A DNA stretch of 61,105 nucleotides, the filler included, from Globobulimina sp. (lineage: Eukaryota), in assembly GCA_003354225.1 (NCBI GenBank). It is 11 parts of 11 records of this genome, joined end to end, with 100 filler letters (N's around TTAATTAATTAA, not from the genome) between each part and the next. Parts side by side here need not be neighbours in the genome. Positions count along the whole stretch, not along the records: positions 55,652 to 61,105 come from PIVH01000561.1; 10 more parts are not named here. The stretch is one strand, 5' to 3'. Within the stretch, counting starts at the first letter, position 1; every line of letters starts with the position of its first letter. Positions 55,883-61,105 of the stretch are shown here, in pieces. The notes beneath the pieces were generated by a model. That model ran no database searches. It was not told where the DNA came from and was given only the letters and a program-made list of their open reading frames with translations. The position numbers were made by a program, and so were the translations under genes.

Positions 55883-58800
55883 TTAACTGTAAGTTCTTGT
55901 ACAAAATATATTGCCACATTTGCGGCAATGATGTCTCCTTTCTAATACACCAAATTGTGAGTTGCATTTCGGACAATTACTAACATCGATGTCCTTTAAC
56001 CAATGATCTTCTGATCTATGCAACGACCATTGGCGAATCTCGCCATTGGATGACGCGGTCCATAAATGTTGATCTGTATAATGCGATGTATGTATCTTTG
56101 TTACCGAGGAGGAATGGATTTTTCTGTTATGTTTTTGTTTGAATCGCAGCGTTGTGTCAGTACGCAATTGTTTATTTGTGGTCGCTTGTTTGATAATGTT
56201 TTCATCAGTGTCAGCCGCGTCCATTTTCTTTTCGTCTTTTTCCAGCTGTTCTTTGTGGATATCATGCGATTCAATTTCATCCACCGATTTGTACTTCATT
56301 CTTCGGACTTGATACGGCGGCAATTTCGGCTTAAAATATTTCTCCAATGACTTCATTTGGTGCTTGAACTCATGCTCATTATTTTTCTCTTTCTTTGCTT
56401 TGGCTAGTTTTGCATTGTTATATATATGTTTATTATCCATGATTTCATTTGGACCGTTTGGAATGGTTAAGGTCCAAAACCGGAGGGATCCATCTCGATG
56501 TCCACTAATAACACAACAGGAATCTTCAGGTTGCCAATCAGATAAACAGGACACAGCTAAGGAAGTGATGGTATTTGTAATTAAGGATTGTCCGCAACAG
56601 ATCCAAGCTAACAATTCACCATTCAATGTCCAGGCAGATAATGTGACGCCGGCACAGGCAATCACGTCACCATTGTTACTATTAATCGCAACGCAAGTAA
56701 TGCCAGAGGTGTGTCCTTCCAATCTGTGGACATATTGTAACGAATTCAAATCCCATATAATTAGGGAATGGTCTTTTGAGCCAGACACAATGATTCTATA
56801 TTCTTTGCTGTACGCTAAGCAGGTTATTTCATCAAAATGGCCATACAATCTATTTTTAAGGGACACAGTGGCGTGGGGCGGCCGTCTCTTATCTTTGCGT
56901 GGTTCGGTTTTAATTTTCCATACATTCACCACTGAGGTTGTATCGCCAGTAAATACATTCTCCCCATCATCCGAGACCAACACGCATGTAATTTGTCCAT
57001 TGTCGGTGGCCACTAATTCTTCAAACACAGTCACTAACTCACTTTTATAAAATACGCGCAACGAACGATCACTAAATCCCCATTTTAAGGTATATTTATA
57101 TTCAGGACCAATGACGATTTCATTCTCGCCACGATAAATACATTTCAAATCTGGTGTGGTTTCTAAGAACTGGATGCCCCGATCACTCCCAGATATAATC
57201 AATATACTTTGCAATAACGATGGTTGCGAATAAACCGTAATAAAAGATTTTAGAACTTGCCTCTGTTTGTGCGGTTTGGTAAATAATTGATGCGGCGTCT
57301 GACCAAAATTGTCAATCATCGATATAATGGATGTTTTCTTGACTTGGTCCGTAATGGTATCCAAATCGATGGCATCTTCATAGGTCCACGGATAGAATAC
57401 ATTTTGTGCAGTCACTGCATCGGGGCCACGTTGTTTGTATCCAAATATTAAGTCGACCCATTCATGCAAATGTAAGGATACATATTCGGATTCTAAGGCA
57501 TTCCGATGCATTCGCACAAATCTTTCAGGATCGCCATAGGCCCATTTCGGTAATAAGACATCATCGATGGCCACCCCCTTTTCCGTGGTACCATAATCAA
57601 ATCTGTTTGTATTGGTTAAGAAGTTACTCAAATAAAAGAATTCAGGGATTAATTCTTTTACATCCTGCATCCCACCGGTCTCAGACGCTAATTTGTAGGA
57701 ATAGGATATGCTCGAAAATAATCTATCCGCATGATCGAATTTACCATCTTGCAATTCTAAGGCAATGCGTGTAAACGGCTCGAGGCGAATTAGAAAATAA
57801 CATATGATGCCACCACAGGAATAATGTGTGCCATAATGGAATTTGCTAACTTCGCCAGATGGATCTTCATAGGTTTCATATCTTTCTTTAAATTCCGATG
57901 CGCGAAGCTCGGTTTGTGCACCCATCGGTTTGCTCAAATCCCGATATATTTTCTCATCGCGTAAATCTAAGAGGGACGAATCATAATCATTTAAGACCCA
58001 CGGAAACACGGGATATTGCGAGATATCATTAAACGTACGGCCAGCCAAAGTATTTAAAAACATTAAATAGGCAAAATTACTCATTTCGCCTTTGACCCAT
58101 TTATCTGTTACTTTTTTCGTGTCATATTCGGTTCTCTCCAGGCCAACAATTCGTGAACCTAAGCCTTTTACGGCCCGTTGTAATCTATTTTCGTCAGTCA
58201 CTGTGGATATATGTTTTAATGTATCATTGGATTTTGATTCTTCATTTTTTAGTTTTGTTTTACTTTTTATTTGATCTTGCGTTGTTTTTACTTCTTCGGT
58301 CAATTTCTTGTGAAAATCATTACGATCGGATTGATTTGTAAAGACCAATAAAAAATTGCTGCCATTAAGCAAATAAAATTCCATCGCTATTTTCTGTAAT
58401 TGATAGCGACGACGATGAAATTCACGCAAATCTGTAAATTTCCATTGCTTCGGTTCTTTATGGGTGATTTCTTCCAGTTTGCTATCACTATTATTGTCAT
58501 TTTCGTTTTCGTTTTTGATGACTGGCGTTTTTGGGCGATACGGATTGTTGGGATCATAATAGGCGGATTGTTTAACTTTATCCACTGCAATTACGGGACC
58601 AATCACATCCGTTTTAAATACAAATCGTGTGGTAAACAAAGCTTTTTTGGTTGCATCATAGGGTATTTCCTCCAATTTACCTGTTCTGGCATCCACTTTA
58701 ATATTAAAGAAGAAATACATGGCATAGCGACACAATAATATCACACCACCGTGCTCGTTTAAGCCAGTAATGGTGGAACAATTATAGGTTTTATACGGGT

Positions 58801-61105
58801 CATATTCATCGCCAGGAGCTAATACTCGCGACATACGATCATGTAAACCCAATTCAACACCGGTTGATATGGATAATCTTGCCATCCGATCCGACACCGT
58901 ACTAAATGGTACATCCACATTTAACATGGATGCCTGATGCGAAATTATATGCATATCTGACAACATTAACATTTTATTTTCTGGTACACTGGAGATATTA
59001 TGCGGCTGTTTACTACTTTTATTGGATTGGCCAGGCCCTGATGCCGGTGTTATAGTAATACTATTTCTTTTCGATTCCGATTCAGATCCATCCATACTTT
59101 GTTGCAAATGGATTGAATCGTCAATCATATTCATAGGCGTTATAGGTTCGGCATTGTTTAATATTTTTTGTCTTCGTTTTTCTGCTTTATACATAGCCTC
59201 AATAGAGGTCGCATTATCCGTTTGCACAGTCAATCTCTGCAAATCAACAAATCTCGAATTCTCAATGACATGTTTACTGTGAACATCATTGCCATTGCTG
59301 TTATTAATTAAGGTGGAGAATTTCTCGTGCAATTTAGAGTCTGTTTTGGTTAGTTTGGGTATGGCTGCTGGGATGGCGTCAGCCTCATTGGCTGAATCAT
59401 TTTCAGTCTCATTTTCTTTCTCATCCGATGTCATATCATCATCATCTTCTTCATCTGCGGCATCGTACACACTGTCATCCTCTTCTTCCTCATCCTCATT
59501 TATTTTCTTATCATTGGTCATACTATTTTCAACCTCGTATGATTCGCCAGTTTCTGACAGCTCGGGTGTAGGTTCCCGCTCTGTCAGACTTTCTAAGACA
59601 GATTGTTGTGTGATGGAGCTTTCATTTTGTGATGGCTCAGGCTCACGCAATAAAGGTAACGTATTGCCGTTCATAACATTCCTAAGATTCCTATTGTTAC
59701 CGATAGACATTGAATGTGCGCGATCATGGTCGCTATTCGAACGGAGCTTGTTCGGTGCGACTGCGCCATCATTTATTTTATCTGCAATGGCCGGGGTTAA
59801 CTTTTTCGCGATCGTCTGCGTTGATGCTTTCCTCATTGGTTCTGGAATCATGGGGCTATCCTCATCCGACAACATCACTAATTTTACTTTGTCCGCATCT
59901 TCTTTCGTTTCTGCTGACGATTCATCCAACGGTGCCGCAGTAATAGCTAATTGTTGCTGGTGTGTGACATGAGAATAATATGTTGCAAACTTATTGGGAT
60001 TATCATAATATGAATTATATTCAAGATAATATTGTTGAAAGGCCGGATGTTGGGCCAATAAATCAAAAAACTTTGTTTTAGAGACTTTGTACATGCGATT
60101 AAAATCTCGATGCCGCATTAATTTTTTACGTTTCCTATGCGGCCCTTCCACAAAGTTAAGATACCAGGCATCATCCCATGGCGTACGGAAGGTGGCCAAC
60201 CATAATGGTGATTGTACCCGTAATTTGAAATTCAAATGAATCCAGGCCGAGGTGGCCCGTAAGTCCCTATAATATATGCGATGTCGGCGTGAATTCATGC
60301 GAGCATCTTCAATGGATTTAAGTTCAAAAATAGCATTATTAAAACTGGCTTGTTGCTGGATAACCGCAGAGGGTAAGGCGTCTGCATATTGTTCCGCTCT
60401 TTGATTGGATTCTTTATTTTTCTTTAAATCTTCCTCCCATCGCTGTCGCAGTAATGCTTTCTCAGTTTGCCAACAATCGTCCCATGGTTTTTTGGTCACA
60501 TCTTTCAGTGTTTGAGTGGTGAAAGTTAAGCCACCTTCCTTTTGCAGCCATTTTAAAAAGGCATTCCTATCTTGATCAATTAATCGCAATTTCTCATATA
60601 ACGAATGATTTTTATGCAAATATTTCATGAGAAAATTGGATTGGTAAAATAAAACACATTGCCACACTTTCAAACAATGCGTACCAATTCGTTGGTGTTG
60701 TGATGAATATTTACTACTTTGCGTGTGAGTGTGTCCTTTGCTGTCTCTTCTTTTTGATTTGCCTATTTTCGAAACTTCAGATAATAGCGGTAATAATACG
60801 TGCAGTAAGCCTAGAAAAAAGAAATCCGGCTCATTGCAATCTGTATAAAATAGAATCTCCTGAAATTCAGACACTAATGGCAGTATTTTTTCTAATTGCT
60901 TGTTTTTCAAATTGACATGTTCTAATTCTAAGGCGCCGTGAAGGAAAAAAGTGACTACAGATTGAACTGCTTTGCGTGAGACGGAATATAATGTTTCCAT
61001 ATCTTCTGCAGTGGGCATACTTGATTTCTTCTCTTTGGATAATCTATCTTCAATTTGTAATCTTTTGTCGAACGCCTCTTTGCAGGCTTTTAATAAAAAT
61101 TTATT
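55883..61105 (-). CDS. BEACH-domain protein, WDFY3/ALFY-like (PH-BEACH-WD40-FYVE); 5' end outside the window, FYVE truncated
   Basis: EGPHRKRKKL, RRYQLQKIAMEF, SNFAYLMFLNTLAGRTFNDISQYPVFPWVL, HYGTHYS, DVKELIPEFFY, FGQTPHQLF, WD repeats, HWLKD..C..C..F..RRHHCRKCG; frame open to 61105. Confidence 0.92.
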   Translation of the reverse strand, partial: NKFLLKACKEAFDKRLQIEDRLSKEKKSSMPTAEDMETLYSVSRKAVQSVVTFFLHGALELEHVNLKNKQLEKILPLVSEFQEILFYTDCNEPDFFFLGLLHVLLPLLSEVSKIGKSKRRDSKGHTHTQSSKYSSQHQRIGTHCLKVWQCVLFYQSNFLMKYLHKNHSLYEKLRLIDQDRNAFLKWLQKEGGLTFTTQTLKDVTKKPWDDCWQTEKALLRQRWEEDLKKNKESNQRAEQYADALPSAVIQQQASFNNAIFELKSIEDARMNSRRHRIYYRDLRATSAWIHLNFKLRVQSPLWLATFRTPWDDAWYLNFVEGPHRKRKKLMRHRDFNRMYKVSKTKFFDLLAQHPAFQQYYLEYNSYYDNPNKFATYYSHVTHQQQLAITAAPLDESSAETKEDADKVKLVMLSDEDSPMIPEPMRKASTQTIAKKLTPAIADKINDGAVAPNKLRSNSDHDRAHSMSIGNNRNLRNVMNGNTLPLLREPEPSQNESSITQQSVLESLTEREPTPELSETGESYEVENSMTNDKKINEDEEEEDDSVYDAADEEDDDDMTSDEKENETENDSANEADAIPAAIPKLTKTDSKLHEKFSTLINNSNGNDVHSKHVIENSRFVDLQRLTVQTDNATSIEAMYKAEKRRQKILNNAEPITPMNMIDDSIHLQQSMDGSESESKRNSITITPASGPGQSNKSSKQPHNISSVPENKMLMLSDMHIISHQASMLNVDVPFSTVSDRMARLSISTGVELGLHDRMSRVLAPGDEYDPYKTYNCSTITGLNEHGGVILLCRYAMYFFFNIKVDARTGKLEEIPYDATKKALFTTRFVFKTDVIGPVIAVDKVKQSAYYDPNNPYRPKTPVIKNENENDNNSDSKLEEITHKEPKQWKFTDLREFHRRRYQLQKIAMEFYLLNGSNFLLVFTNQSDRNDFHKKLTEEVKTTQDQIKSKTKLKNEESKSNDTLKHISTVTDENRLQRAVKGLGSRIVGLERTEYDTKKVTDKWVKGEMSNFAYLMFLNTLAGRTFNDISQYPVFPWVLNDYDSSLLDLRDEKIYRDLSKPMGAQTELRASEFKERYETYEDPSGEVSKFHYGTHYSCGGIICYFLIRLEPFTRIALELQDGKFDHADRLFSSISYSYKLASETGGMQDVKELIPEFFYLSNFLTNTNRFDYGTTEKGVAIDDVLLPKWAYGDPERFVRMHRNALESEYVSLHLHEWVDLIFGYKQRGPDAVTAQNVFYPWTYEDAIDLDTITDQVKKTSIISMIDNFGQTPHQLFTKPHKQRQVLKSFITVYSQPSLLQSILIISGSDRGIQFLETTPDLKCIYRGENEIVIGPEYKYTLKWGFSDRSLRVFYKSELVTVFEELVATDNGQITCVLVSDDGENVFTGDTTSVVNVWKIKTEPRKDKRRPPHATVSLKNRLYGHFDEITCLAYSKEYRIIVSGSKDHSLIIWDLNSLQYVHRLEGHTSGITCVAINSNNGDVIACAGVTLSAWTLNGELLAWICCGQSLITNTITSLAVSCLSDWQPEDSCCVISGHRDGSLRFWTLTIPNGPNEIMDNKHIYNNAKLAKAKKEKNNEHEFKHQMKSLEKYFKPKLPPYQVRRMKYKSVDEIESHDIHKEQLEKDEKKMDAADTDENIIKQATTNKQLRTDTTLRFKQKHNRKIHSSSVTKIHTSHYTDQHLWTASSNGEIRQWSLHRSEDHWLKDIDVSNCPKCNSQFGVLERRHHCRKCGNIFCTRTYS

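Noticed and set aside
34982-61105. ATG18, Vps53 and WDFY3 as an autophagy/trafficking gene cluster
   Set aside because: They lie on three different contigs that are adjacent only because of size sorting

Overview
This window is not one locus. It is 11 unrelated contigs of about 5.46 kb, sorted by length (5478 down to 5454 bp) and joined by artificial 100-nt linkers (N44-TTAATTAATTAA-N44), so adjacency across linkers means nothing. The DNA is AT-rich, gene-dense eukaryotic nuclear sequence with short (mostly 51-74 nt) GT-AG introns. The MATH/SAM proteins, Pro-Thr mucin-like proteins and orphan 7TM receptor suggest a protist, probably a foraminifer or other rhizarian (inference). Recognisable genes: a membrane-anchored GMC oxidoreductase, a signal-peptide PARP-fold ADP-ribosyltransferase, a class I methyltransferase, a degenerate WRN-type exonuclease with an HTH, a RasGEF fragment, two MATH genes, a soluble (ADCY10-type) adenylyl cyclase, a two-domain phosphagen kinase, ATG18/WIPI, the 3' half of a non-LTR retrotransposon, a Vps53-like gene, a multi-TM class 3 lipase, a cadherin-like repeat protein, a GH20 hexosaminidase, a cystatin absent from the ORF track, and a BEACH-WD40-FYVE (WDFY3-like) gene that runs directly into bacterial-type kinase DNA. 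The most unusual items are domain insertions: a PH domain inside the winged-helix region of the cyclase, PH and ILEI domains in Vps53, and an SH3-like barrel between the two phosphagen kinase domains. Also notable are the secreted ART, an 11-nt microexon, a ~900-bp foldback and head-to-head gene pairs only 49-99 bp apart. All domain calls come from motif recognition by eye; no database searches were run.
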